Source: Patescibacteria group bacterium
GTDB taxonomy: Bacteria; Patescibacteriota; Minisyncoccia; GCA-002772825
Direction of reading: 5' to 3'
Assembly (NCBI GenBank): GCA_024654625.1
Contig: JANLHB010000016.1
Location: forward strand, 128,137 to 192,136
Length of the DNA stretch: 64,000 bases
The notes below the pieces were generated by a model. It was not told where the DNA came from. It made no database searches and saw only the letters and a list, made by a program, of their open reading frames with translations. Both the position numbers and the translations under genes were made by a program. Every line of letters begins with the position of its first letter. Positions within the stretch are counted from its first letter, which is position 1. Shown here in pieces: positions 19,469 through 28,417 of this stretch.

Positions 19469-20974
19469 TTATTTTACACCTTTTTCTGATTTTCTTCTTT
19501 CTACAACGAAATCATAGGTTTTTTTGAACTCATAGGCGTTAAGGATTTTTTCTGCGTCTGGCTTCGCACCGATTTGTCGTTCGATCATCCACTCCGATTG
19601 CGGGTTCAGTTTAAGATAGTCGTTCACCTTTGCGCTTTCTACATGTGTAATTTGAAGGTAGTATTTTGAGCTGTCGTTTTGATCTTGATTTTCAATTTTT
19701 ACGAAATCTCTCTGTTTGAGAAAATTATACCGGCCATCAAGTTCATAGAGGGCAAAAAAACTTTCATTGCCATGTTTCAACATATTGAAATCCTGATCGC
19801 TTAGTGTTACCCCTTTTTTATCGTGAATTTTACCTATCGCAGGAGACGGAAATGATGCAGGAAATTTCTTCACTCGCTTGTACCCCTCAAGCGATAATTG
19901 GGAGTTTTCTCCTTTTTCTAAATACTCATAAGAACCCGTGAAAGGACCAAGGCGAGAATCAAAATCGACAAATATGTGCGGAAATTTGTGCCACTCATCA
20001 CCCTTGTCGTCTATGACGAGCATCTCGTCATAGCGGATCAAGCCATTTCTGATAAATGTTACTTGGTTGCGATGCGGCAAGTGATCCCAGAAGTCCTCGA
20101 TTTTTTCTCGTATTTTTTGTTGCTTCTCTTTCTCCTCTTGAGAATCGCTTTCCCGATAAATTAGATTGATTGCATCCGTAAAATCGTACTCTTTTTTTTC
20201 AGGGTCAACATATGCAAAAAATCTATGCATATTCACAATTAATCCCAGCGGATAGTATGCAACTGTTTTGTATTCGCGCCAGCGCGGGCGTTCTTTAAAA
20301 TCTTTATACTCATTTTGATATGGATATTTTGCATCCTTTGAATCTCGCAAAAGAACCGATCTGTGAAGTTTGCCTTCATCGCCAAAAATCCTATAGAGCT
20401 TATTTTTATTGCTGACGATTTGCCGTATTTCAGTAGCTCGGGATCGTCTTCTACTAACTAAGGAAATGCCAAAAAAAGTGAAGAGGATGCGGTCGTTTTT
20501 GGGGAGATGAAGCATGTCTTCCAGCTCTGCTTTACCCCAGAGATAGAATTCCATAACCCCTTTCTTTCGGAGCTCTTCGCGGAAAATATCATATGATTCT
20601 TTTGAAAAGTTTGCCGAAGCGGCAAGTATATATCCGTATGGCGGATTTTTAGGATCGGCATCGGAAATGATTTCTTTTACTTGCTTGGGACCGATTTCTT
20701 TTTCTCTCTTACCTTGAATCATCCATAAATTACCTGCCATAGGATGCACCTCTTCCGAGTTCTCGTCCTCGCTTTCTATCGGTGAAGCTTTATAGGTTTT
20801 TTCGTAAGCGCGAATATCAAATCCGCTATCATTACCGCTCCTTCCAGTTGCCTCAATCGTCTGCCAATCCTTATAGTCGTAAATCAGTTCCCGAATCAAA
20901 TCTTCAAAACGATGAGGGTCTAAATCCTCAAAGTGAATAGGTCCGTATGTTCGTGTGACTTTGGATTTAGCCAT
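19469..20974 (-). CDS. Mrr-catalytic-domain (PD-(D/E)xK restriction-endonuclease-like) N-terminus fused to an uncharacterised ~370-aa C-terminal region. Candidate defence nuclease.
   Basis: The N-terminus HRFEDLIRELIYDYKDWQTIEATGRSGNDSGFDIRAY...WMIQGKREK...YILAASANFSKESYDIF matches the Mrr_cat pattern FE.lv..ll...G......gDgGiD...vQcK. Confidence 0.6.
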   Translation of the reverse strand: MAKSKVTRTYGPIHFEDLDPHRFEDLIRELIYDYKDWQTIEATGRSGNDSGFDIRAYEKTYKASPIESEDENSEEVHPMAGNLWMIQGKREKEIGPKQVKEIISDADPKNPPYGYILAASANFSKESYDIFREELRKKGVMEFYLWGKAELEDMLHLPKNDRILFTFFGISLVSRRRSRATEIRQIVSNKNKLYRIFGDEGKLHRSVLLRDSKDAKYPYQNEYKDFKERPRWREYKTVAYYPLGLIVNMHRFFAYVDPEKKEYDFTDAINLIYRESDSQEEKEKQQKIREKIEDFWDHLPHRNQVTFIRNGLIRYDEMLVIDDKGDEWHKFPHIFVDFDSRLGPFTGSYEYLEKGENSQLSLEGYKRVKKFPASFPSPAIGKIHDKKGVTLSDQDFNMLKHGNESFFALYELDGRYNFLKQRDFVKIENQDQNDSSKYYLQITHVESAKVNDYLKLNPQSEWMIERQIGAKPDAEKILNAYEFKKTYDFVVERRKSEKGVK

Positions 20975-21032
20975 AATAAAAAATATCTAACACCTCTATA
21001 AGAAAAATCTAGGGGCTATTTCGCCCCATAGA

Positions 21033-22754
21033 TTATTCCAATTTCTGCATGAAATTATTAATCTCATCAGCGATTGCTTTTCTGCGCCATCCCAAAAATT
21101 CTCTGAAGTTTGCTATCTCCCAAAGTTTTCTGTCCAAAGTGATCAGCTGAAGCTTTATTGCTTCTTCGCCTTTTTTAGCAATGATTTCCTTTTCAAGATA
21201 AACAGAGGGTTCTTTGTTGAGAATTTGTCTGTTCGTCTTGCCGCCAATGAAAGCAAAATTTGCGATCTCGTTAATTTCTTTCTTGTCATAACCGAATTTT
21301 GGTTCACGCAAAAGAGATTTTGGAAAGATGTGATGATACTGGATAGTATGCGCCCGGCCCGTGTGCTTCTCGGAAAGTTTCAAACCAGAAAACCAATCCT
21401 TGGCGCCATTATGCTTTAATACGAAATAAAGCATTGAGAAAAATGGACTTCGGATGCCTCTATTAACAAGATCGTCCAGATCAACAACGAATTTTTTGAC
21501 ATGCAGATGTAGCTGATTAATAAGATCATCGAGATTCTTATTTTTGAATAAGAGAGACAGGTCGGCTTCCAAAATAGATTCAGACGATCCCATGCTGTAG
21601 TGTCCGCGCATGTGAGCGAGATAAAACCAGCGCAGAAGTTTTTTCTGTTCTTCCGGGGTTAGCTTCTCGTCGCGCAGTGTCGCATAGACGGCAATCGGGA
21701 TCAGTAAGAAAGGAGATGAAAGATAACTAAGATTGTCTATGCCGGCATTGCTTCTTAAGAAGTTGATAGCAAAGCGCAAGCCGTTTGTGGCAAGCTTCCA
21801 AGAGTCGCCCAGTTTCTCTTTGCTGATTTTACCAACTGTCTTGAATCTGCTTTGATGTGTGGCGAACACCACGAGCATGCGAACGGGCAGACCAGTTTCT
21901 ACAATGTAATCCTCGTCATCCTTAAACTCGGCCGCAAAATCTTCAATAAGACCCATGAACCCCTTCCACCGAGATGTGATCTGGGCTAAGGCCAGATCAG
22001 AACCACGCAATTTGATACCAAGAGAATTGACACGCACGAAAATCTCCGTGACTTCTTCATACGACATGCTTTTTTCAAGCACCTGCATGACATACTGATA
22101 GTCGGAGATCGTTTTGACCTTTTGCAATCTGGCCGAATACTTTTTATAGCGCGGATCTTGTAAGGATGTGATGCCGACTTTTTCGAGTATTTCGCTGAAA
22201 TCTTTTTTGAAAATATCCGATACTGGGACCCAGAGTGGATCGTTTTGCAATGCACGGCTTGCCACTACAAAAGTTCTCTTTCTCATCTCTTCTTGAATAT
22301 CGCGCTCTGCGGTTTCTTCGTCCTCAACATCTTCCAAATCAGCGGTGAAGTCGCCATTATTTTCGTCTACTTCTGTGATTTCTACCGGCGGACCCTCGGG
22401 GTGCTCTAAATTAAAAAGAATGTCGATTGGCCGCTTGCGGTTTCTGACATGAACTGGCTCGCCACCCAAGACCGCAGATAAGGAGGTGATTCTTTGCTGA
22501 CCATCGAGTAGTAATATTTTTTGGGAAATCGTAGGAGTTCTTGTGGCTTGCACGGCAAGTTCTCGTGTCTCAATTTCTTCGTCAGTTTCCCAAACCAAAA
22601 TAGTCCCCGAGGGATACCCGCGATAGAGGGAGTCGAGAAGATCGCGCACTCGGGTTGCTGGCCAGACATACCGGCGTTGCATCTCGGGGAGAGTGAGCTC
22701 GCCGCGCTGAACCTTATCGACTAATTCACGAACTGATATATCTGTTTTTGGCAT
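21033..22754 (-). CDS. GmrSD-family type IV restriction enzyme (DUF262 ParB-like NTPase domain plus DUF1524 His-Me finger nuclease)
   Basis: N-terminal LPEMQRRYVWPATRVRDLLDSLYRGYPSGTILVW and the LLLDGQQRITSL (DGQQR) signature of DUF262. C-terminal TIQYHHIFPKSLL matches the DUF1524 HxxP motif. Confidence 0.8.
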   Translation of the reverse strand: MPKTDISVRELVDKVQRGELTLPEMQRRYVWPATRVRDLLDSLYRGYPSGTILVWETDEEIETRELAVQATRTPTISQKILLLDGQQRITSLSAVLGGEPVHVRNRKRPIDILFNLEHPEGPPVEITEVDENNGDFTADLEDVEDEETAERDIQEEMRKRTFVVASRALQNDPLWVPVSDIFKKDFSEILEKVGITSLQDPRYKKYSARLQKVKTISDYQYVMQVLEKSMSYEEVTEIFVRVNSLGIKLRGSDLALAQITSRWKGFMGLIEDFAAEFKDDEDYIVETGLPVRMLVVFATHQSRFKTVGKISKEKLGDSWKLATNGLRFAINFLRSNAGIDNLSYLSSPFLLIPIAVYATLRDEKLTPEEQKKLLRWFYLAHMRGHYSMGSSESILEADLSLLFKNKNLDDLINQLHLHVKKFVVDLDDLVNRGIRSPFFSMLYFVLKHNGAKDWFSGLKLSEKHTGRAHTIQYHHIFPKSLLREPKFGYDKKEINEIANFAFIGGKTNRQILNKEPSVYLEKEIIAKKGEEAIKLQLITLDRKLWEIANFREFLGWRRKAIADEINNFMQKLE

Positions 22755-22788
22755 AGGTTAACAAGTTGATAAATTGATTGTATCAAGG

Positions 22789-22890
22789 ATGACAAAATAT
22801 GACAATCTCTTTTTAGTTATCCACTTAGCATCGCTTAGCAGAATTTAAGAAATAGAGTAAAATGACAAAATATGACAGGTAGAGTATAAT
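22789..22890 (+). promoter_or_regulatory. Divergent promoter/operator region: two direct copies of ATGACAAAATATGACA (22789-22805 and 22862-22877) and a TATAAT -10 box (22885-22890) upstream of the HTH-mod-res genes
   Basis: Exact 16-nt direct repeat spaced about 73 nt apart. A consensus -10 hexamer lies 8 nt after the second copy and 15 nt before the HTH gene ATG. Confidence 0.4.
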
Positions 22891-22904
22891 GAACCTATAA
22901 GCAT

Positions 22905-23087
22905 ATGCCTGTGGAGAAATTTCTAACAATTAAAGAAGTTGCCAAAAAACTGCGTGTCAGCGAACGCTCGGTGATGCGCTATATTAAGGCGAAAAAACTG
23001 GTCGCCTCAAAAATGGGTCAATGGAGAATAAAAGACGGCGACCTTGATCGTTTTTTTAATGCGCACACCAACTCTAAAAAGAAGTAA
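22905..23087 (+). CDS. Excisionase-family (HTH_17, MerR-like) DNA-binding protein. Putative controller of the downstream type III restriction-modification genes.
   Basis: LTIKEVAKKLRVSERSVMRYIKAKKLVASKMGQWRIKDGDLDRFF matches the excisionase/HTH_17 helix-turn-helix. The mod gene starts 3 nt downstream. Confidence 0.7.
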   Translation: MPVEKFLTIKEVAKKLRVSERSVMRYIKAKKLVASKMGQWRIKDGDLDRFFNAHTNSKKK

Positions 23088-23089
23088 AT

Positions 23090-25210
23090 ATGAAAAATTT
23101 AAATAAATACGATATAGAATTTCTGATCGAGTGTTTAAAAAGCGGCAAGGAAATCCCAACAGAATATAAGTACGCGCTTTTTCCAACCAAGCAAAAAGAA
23201 TACGAGCTTGTTTATGCCGGGAAAATGCGAAAAGAGGATGTGCTGGCAGACACCGAGGAAGCCAAGCCAGTGCCGCTCCAAATCGAAAAAGTTTTTAATG
23301 GCAAGAAATATCCACTTTACTCCAAAGATTGGCACAACCTTTTGGTTTTTGGCGATAATCTTCAAATCCTTAAAACCTTTAATGAGAATAAGGACCTGCT
23401 CGTCAAAAATAAAATTAAGGGGAAAGTAAAACTGATTTATATTGATCCGCCATTTGCAACGGAAGATGATTTCAGAGGAAATGGTGGAGCGAAAGCATAT
23501 TCTGACAAAGCAAAAGGTGCTGAATTTGTTGAATTTTTGCGCCGCCGCTTAATAGTAGCAAAGGAAGTGTTGGCAGATGACGGTACAATTTGGGTTCATT
23601 TGGATCATCGCAAAGCAGAATACATAAAAGTTTTAATGGATGAAATTTTTCCAAGTTGTTATCTTAATACAATTTATTGGCGTAGTCAGGTGGCAAGGGG
23701 CGCAAAAGTTAATGCTGAATTTTTACCAAAAAGTTGCCAACAGATTTTAGTTTACAAAAAGCGCACTGATGCAAAGCCCTTGTGGGAAGCACCCAAAAGG
23801 GAAATTATTTTGACGGAAGAAGAAATTAAACAAGAAGGCAGTTATAAACAAGACGAAAAAGGAAATTACTTTAGAACATCGGACCCGGGATCATATTCAT
23901 TTGAAAGCCTGCTTGACTTTTACAAGCAAGGTCGCATTTATGTGAGCTATGGCGGTAAAGTGATTTTTGATAACAAAAAAAAGGAAGTAAAAACGACAAA
24001 AGGGAAAATCGGCATAAAGTATTATGCTGAAGGTTTGGGCGGCGGAAAGTATAAAATTATAAGGTCAATCGATAATATTTGGACGGATATACCAGGACTT
24101 GGAACGGTGCCATCAGAAGATACTGGATATCCAACACAAAAAGTTGAAACTCTTTTAGAGAGGATCGTAAGTTCAACAACAAACACGGGCGATTTGGTAA
24201 TGGATTTCTTTTCCGGGAGTGGAACAACGGCAATAGTCGCCGAAAAATTAGGTAGGCGTTGGGTTGCCTGTGATATCGGGAAGTTATCAATCTACACAAT
24301 TCAAAAGCGATTATTAGAGATAGATCGGGGCCGAGATTTGATCGACTTAAAGAAAAAATATGGTAAGCCGGCAAAATCTTTCGCCATCGTTACTTCGGGG
24401 CTTTATGATCTTGGAAAGATTTTTGCTCTACAAAAAGATGAATATACTCGCTTCGTGAAAGATTTATTTGAAATTGAGGAAACGAAGGTTACAAAAATAG
24501 GTGGTGTCGAAATCGATGGGAAGAAGCGAGAATTTTACGCGAAAATCTTTCCATATTGGGAACTGAAAAATGCCAGCGTTGATGAAAAGTATTTGCAGGA
24601 ATTACATAAGAGCATTGGCGGGAAAATTGATGAAAGATTTTACATAATCGCTCCCGCGAACAATGTAAATTTTATCAGCGATTATCACCAGATTGGCAAT
24701 GTTCGGTATTATTTTCTCAAAGTACCGTACCAGATCATTAAAGAATTGCACAAGGTTCAGTTTAAGAAGTTTCGACAGCCACAAAGCAAAAGCCAAATCA
24801 ATGATTTGGACGAGGCAATTGGTTTTCACTTTATTCGTCAGCCAGAAGTAAAATCAGAGGTTAAAAAGTTGAAAGATAAAATCGTTTTGAAAATCAAAAG
24901 ATTTGAGTCCGCATATTCACAGGACGAAACCGGCGAAAAACTCAAAAACTTTGAAAGCTTGGCAATGTTGCTTTTGGATTTAAATTATGACGGCGAAAAG
25001 TTTATGATGACAAACTACTTTTTCGCACATGATTTGCTTAATCATAAGTCAAGCGATCAGGAAGAAAGCGAGGAAGAAATTAAAATGGAATTAAAGAAAC
25101 AAAAAGAAATTATCAAAGAATTTCCGAGAAAAGATTGCGGTAAAGAAATTATGGCAATTTATGTTGATATTTACGGTAATGAATTTCGGGAAGTTTTTAA
25201 GGTTAAATAA
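23090..25210 (+). CDS. mod: Type III restriction-modification Mod subunit (beta-class N6-adenine/N4-cytosine DNA methyltransferase)
   Basis: Motif IV, LIYIDPPF (DPPF), lies N-terminal to motif I, DFFSGSGTTAIVAEKLGRRWVACD (FxGxG). This order is the beta-class arrangement, and the res gene follows immediately. Confidence 0.8.
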   Translation: MKNLNKYDIEFLIECLKSGKEIPTEYKYALFPTKQKEYELVYAGKMRKEDVLADTEEAKPVPLQIEKVFNGKKYPLYSKDWHNLLVFGDNLQILKTFNENKDLLVKNKIKGKVKLIYIDPPFATEDDFRGNGGAKAYSDKAKGAEFVEFLRRRLIVAKEVLADDGTIWVHLDHRKAEYIKVLMDEIFPSCYLNTIYWRSQVARGAKVNAEFLPKSCQQILVYKKRTDAKPLWEAPKREIILTEEEIKQEGSYKQDEKGNYFRTSDPGSYSFESLLDFYKQGRIYVSYGGKVIFDNKKKEVKTTKGKIGIKYYAEGLGGGKYKIIRSIDNIWTDIPGLGTVPSEDTGYPTQKVETLLERIVSSTTNTGDLVMDFFSGSGTTAIVAEKLGRRWVACDIGKLSIYTIQKRLLEIDRGRDLIDLKKKYGKPAKSFAIVTSGLYDLGKIFALQKDEYTRFVKDLFEIEETKVTKIGGVEIDGKKREFYAKIFPYWELKNASVDEKYLQELHKSIGGKIDERFYIIAPANNVNFISDYHQIGNVRYYFLKVPYQIIKELHKVQFKKFRQPQSKSQINDLDEAIGFHFIRQPEVKSEVKKLKDKIVLKIKRFESAYSQDETGEKLKNFESLAMLLLDLNYDGEKFMMTNYFFAHDLLNHKSSDQEESEEEIKMELKKQKEIIKEFPRKDCGKEIMAIYVDIYGNEFREVFKVK

Positions 25211-25215
25211 ACGCT

Positions 25216-27762
25216 ATGACAGAAGGCATTAAAATATACAAAACACAGGACTTGGTTTTGCAAGTGAAGCAAAATTATAATCCCGCCAAGCTCAATTTGA
25301 AAAAATGGGTTGATTTTATTGATGTACTTTGCGGCGATAGAGAGTTTCAAAAAGAAGCGATCAGGGATTCGGTTATTTTTCTTGCGTCTGGAGAATATAA
25401 CTCAATCGAAAGTTTAATTGAGGAAAACTTTAGAAAGAACGATGAACTACAGAAAAGATATAAAGATGTCCGTGACTATCAAAGAAATTTGCCATTACCC
25501 CATAAGCTTTCGGCTGTGATTGATTTGGCGACAGGGACAGGCAAAAGCTATGTTATTTATGGTATTGCGCAAATCGCGTTAGGACTTGGCTTGGTTGATA
25601 AGGTTCTGGTGCTTTGCCCATCGCTCACTATTGAGTCGGGCTTAAAAGAAAAGTTTGAGAAGCTTTCCGGGGATGACAAGATAAAGGCGACATTACCAGA
25701 TAATACCGTTTTCAAAAATCCGAGAATTATTGATGCAAACAGCACAATTAAAAATGGCGACATTTGCGTTGAAAATATCCATGCCGTTTATGAGCGGACC
25801 GGCTCATCAATAAATGACAGTTTGAAGAAAAACGGGGAGCGCGTTTTGGTTTTGAACGATGAAGTTCATCATGCCTACAATTCATCAAGCGAGCAGGATA
25901 TAAAAAAATGGAAAGCGTTTTTGCTGAGTCCCGATTTTAATTTCAAATATATTCTCGGTTTTACCGGCACGGCTTATATTGAAGATGAGTATTTTAATGA
26001 TGTTATTTATCGCTACTCAATCCGCGAAGCTGTCGATGATAAAGTAATCAAGTCGGTTGATTATGTTGCGAAAGACGAGAATATAGACAAAAACGAGAAA
26101 TTCCAAAAGATTTATGACAATCATGATGAATTTGTAAAAAAGTACCGGCTTATCAAGCCACTTACGATTTTAGTTACAAAAGATATTTCCAAAGCAAAAA
26201 CACTTCGGGAAGATTTGATTGACTTTTTGGAAAAGCGGGAAAAAATATCGCGCAAGGCGGTTGAAAAAAAGGTTTTGATTGTTACTTCGCATAAAGATCA
26301 CAAGAAAAATGTTTTGGAATTGAAAAATGTTGACGATAAGGATAATTCAGTTGAGTGGATTGTTTCCGTTTCTATGCTTACCGAGGGCTGGGATGTAAAA
26401 AATATTTTTCAAATCGTACCATGGGAGGATCGCGCTTTTAATTCAAAACTTTTAATTGCTCAGGTTTTAGGCCGAGGTCTGCGTATACCAGAAGAATATA
26501 AATCACCCCAGCCGAAGGTTAGGGTTTTCAATCATGACGCTTGGAGTCGGAACATTCGCGGCTTGGTTGATGAAATTTTAGAAATGGAAGTCCGTCTAAC
26601 GAGTGAGGTTTTAACTTCTGGAGATCGGGCGAAATATCACTTTGATTTATACACGATTGACTATGAAAAGCAGGAAAAGGCCGTTAAGGCGGAGAAAGAT
26701 ACGGAAGTTTTTGATTACTCGAAGGGGTATATAAATTTAGTTGCTCAAGTCGAACAGATAGAAAGAGAAACTGAATATGAGGATTTGAGTGGCGTTATCA
26801 AGTCAAAAACAACGGCGATTCAAAAAGAAGTTTTTGGTGTTGACGATGTGGTGGCCAAGATCGTTGAAACTTTCGAGACGAGAGATTTTGAGGCAAAACT
26901 TAGATTTCCAAAGGGTGAATACGAAAAAGAACACTTGCCGCCAGAGAATGAAATAAAAGAGATCGTCATAACCTCAATGCGGAAAGTCGGGATAAAAAGC
27001 GGGGTGTTGACAGAAGATAATGCAAACAGAATCTTCAAAGCGTTTCAAACCCTTTTCAGAGCAAGGGGATCGACAATTGTTTTGGAACGAACAGCAAACA
27101 AGCCGAAGTTAATCGGCACGAAACAACTTGAAAAAGAAAATGTTGCCGTTGGAGCGATCAAACACGGCTCGACGGTTTTCTATACCGAAAATTTCAAAGA
27201 CGAGTGTAAAAATGGAATGATCGATACCTTGCAAGACATAATCAGCGATGAAAATCTGCCGAGAAGCGCAAGCAAAGAAGTTAATCCTTATTGCTTCAAA
27301 ACGCCAGTCAATGTCGTTTTGACAAAACTTGAACCCGAAAGAAGATTTGTTGAAACTTTAGTCAGTCCTCACTTGTGCGAGAAGTTAGATGCTTGGATAA
27401 AATCCCGTGATATGGGATTTTACAGCGTTGAGTATTCGTGGAGAAAAGGTGAGCACCCAACTCAGGGGAGTTTTAACCCCGATTTCTTTATTAGGATTGG
27501 TGAAAAAATCGTTGTTGTTGAAATAAAATCTGACGGTGATGATTCGGATGAAAACAAGGCAAAATATCGTTGGGCGAAAAAACATTTTGAGGACTTAAAT
27601 AGTGAGTTGGCGGCCGCAAAAATCAAACAAAAATACTTTTTCCATTTCTTAAGCCCATCAAGCTATGTCGAATTTACAGAATACTTGTTCGATGGCAGAT
27701 TATTCAAGGGAGAATTTAGATCGGCACTTGAAGATTTGCTTGAAAAAAATCATAGTGAATAA
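25216..27762 (+). CDS. res: Type III restriction enzyme Res subunit (SF2 helicase plus C-terminal PD-(D/E)xK endonuclease)
   Basis: Helicase motif I DLATGTGKSYV, motif II LNDEVHHA (DEVH) and arginine-finger region AQVLGRGLR. C-terminal nuclease NPDFFIRIGEKIVVVEIKSD. Confidence 0.8.
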   Translation: MTEGIKIYKTQDLVLQVKQNYNPAKLNLKKWVDFIDVLCGDREFQKEAIRDSVIFLASGEYNSIESLIEENFRKNDELQKRYKDVRDYQRNLPLPHKLSAVIDLATGTGKSYVIYGIAQIALGLGLVDKVLVLCPSLTIESGLKEKFEKLSGDDKIKATLPDNTVFKNPRIIDANSTIKNGDICVENIHAVYERTGSSINDSLKKNGERVLVLNDEVHHAYNSSSEQDIKKWKAFLLSPDFNFKYILGFTGTAYIEDEYFNDVIYRYSIREAVDDKVIKSVDYVAKDENIDKNEKFQKIYDNHDEFVKKYRLIKPLTILVTKDISKAKTLREDLIDFLEKREKISRKAVEKKVLIVTSHKDHKKNVLELKNVDDKDNSVEWIVSVSMLTEGWDVKNIFQIVPWEDRAFNSKLLIAQVLGRGLRIPEEYKSPQPKVRVFNHDAWSRNIRGLVDEILEMEVRLTSEVLTSGDRAKYHFDLYTIDYEKQEKAVKAEKDTEVFDYSKGYINLVAQVEQIERETEYEDLSGVIKSKTTAIQKEVFGVDDVVAKIVETFETRDFEAKLRFPKGEYEKEHLPPENEIKEIVITSMRKVGIKSGVLTEDNANRIFKAFQTLFRARGSTIVLERTANKPKLIGTKQLEKENVAVGAIKHGSTVFYTENFKDECKNGMIDTLQDIISDENLPRSASKEVNPYCFKTPVNVVLTKLEPERRFVETLVSPHLCEKLDAWIKSRDMGFYSVEYSWRKGEHPTQGSFNPDFFIRIGEKIVVVEIKSDGDDSDENKAKYRWAKKHFEDLNSELAAAKIKQKYFFHFLSPSSYVEFTEYLFDGRLFKGEFRSALEDLLEKNHSE

Positions 27763-27785
27763 CGATCTCAAGAAAATCTGCTCTT

Positions 27786-27815
27786 AAAAAATAATGCCCG
27801 GGAGGGCATTATTTC
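27786..27815. terminator. Bidirectional intrinsic terminator (AATAATGCCC-GGGA-GGGCATTATT) between res (+) and a convergent small gene (-)
   Basis: Perfect 10-bp inverted repeat flanked by an A-run on the 5' side and a T-containing tract on the 3' side. Confidence 0.55.
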
Positions 27816-28042
27816 GTCTGGTGGGGAGTGTCGGTCCGATTGAGCCATTCCTGAAATTCTGCCTTTCTTTCTGGCGTTCCAGAGCGACCCAAAGAATTAA
27901 AAAGAGATTGAGCTTCGTTCTTGCTCGCACCCTTGAGTATTCCGGCGATCCATTTGAGATTTTTCTCGCCTTCAAGGTAAGAACGAAGGGAGTTTTTGAC
28001 CCAACGACTTCCCGCCTCTTGTAATGAGATGTTTCTCGACAT
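27809..28042 (-). CDS. Small hypothetical protein (77 aa), divergent from the XRE gene
   Basis: ORF with ordinary composition sharing a 160-nt divergent intergenic region with the XRE HTH gene. The alternative overlapping ORF 27784-28080 looks spurious. Confidence 0.35.
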   Translation of the reverse strand: MSRNISLQEAGSRWVKNSLRSYLEGEKNLKWIAGILKGASKNEAQSLFNSLGRSGTPERKAEFQEWLNRTDTPHQTK

Positions 28043-28133
28043 AGTAAAGCTACCTTAGCATTTTTTTGTTTTTTTATCAACTTGATAGACGGAATTTGAC
28101 AATGTGGGCAACCTATTGACTTTTATTTAGTGA

Positions 28134-28186
28134 GGTAGTACCATTGGGGTAGTATTACCGAATTGAGGTCATTTTGTAGTACAATC
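28134..28186 (+). promoter_or_regulatory. Candidate operator/promoter: three GTAGTA-containing repeats (GGTAGTA at 28134 and 28148, TGTAGTACAAT at 28176) with a TACAAT -10-like box 18 nt upstream of the XRE start
   Basis: Direct repeats read off the sequence in the 160-nt divergent intergenic region. Confidence 0.3.
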
Positions 28187-28203
28187 GTAAACAACACATT
28201 TTT

Positions 28204-28413
28204 ATGCCAAAACAACAAAATCCATTGGGTCGAAACCTCAAGTCGCTGAGAGAGAAGCGTGGTCTTTCGCAGGATCGATTAGCGAAGTTGGCGGATGTCT
28301 CAAACAATACGATCATTGGGATCGAGCAGGATGAGAATCCGAATCCGACACTTGAGACCCTCAAGAAAATAGCAAAAGCTCTTGAGGTAAGTATCGATGA
28401 TTTGACCCGATAA
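28204..28413 (+). CDS. XRE-family helix-turn-helix transcriptional regulator
   Basis: LGRNLKSLREKRGLSQDRLAKLADVSNNTIIGIEQDENPNPTLETLKKIAKALEVSIDDL is a classic HTH_3 sequence. The next gene starts 4 nt downstream. Confidence 0.8.
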   Translation: MPKQQNPLGRNLKSLREKRGLSQDRLAKLADVSNNTIIGIEQDENPNPTLETLKKIAKALEVSIDDLTR

Positions 28414-28417
28414 CCAT

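Noticed and set aside
27784-28080. 98-aa minus-strand ORF overlapping the 77-aa ORF
   Set aside because: It is an alternative frame over the same DNA. It has a basic, low-complexity composition and would overlap the bidirectional terminator. The 77-aa frame is preferred, and even that is low confidence.
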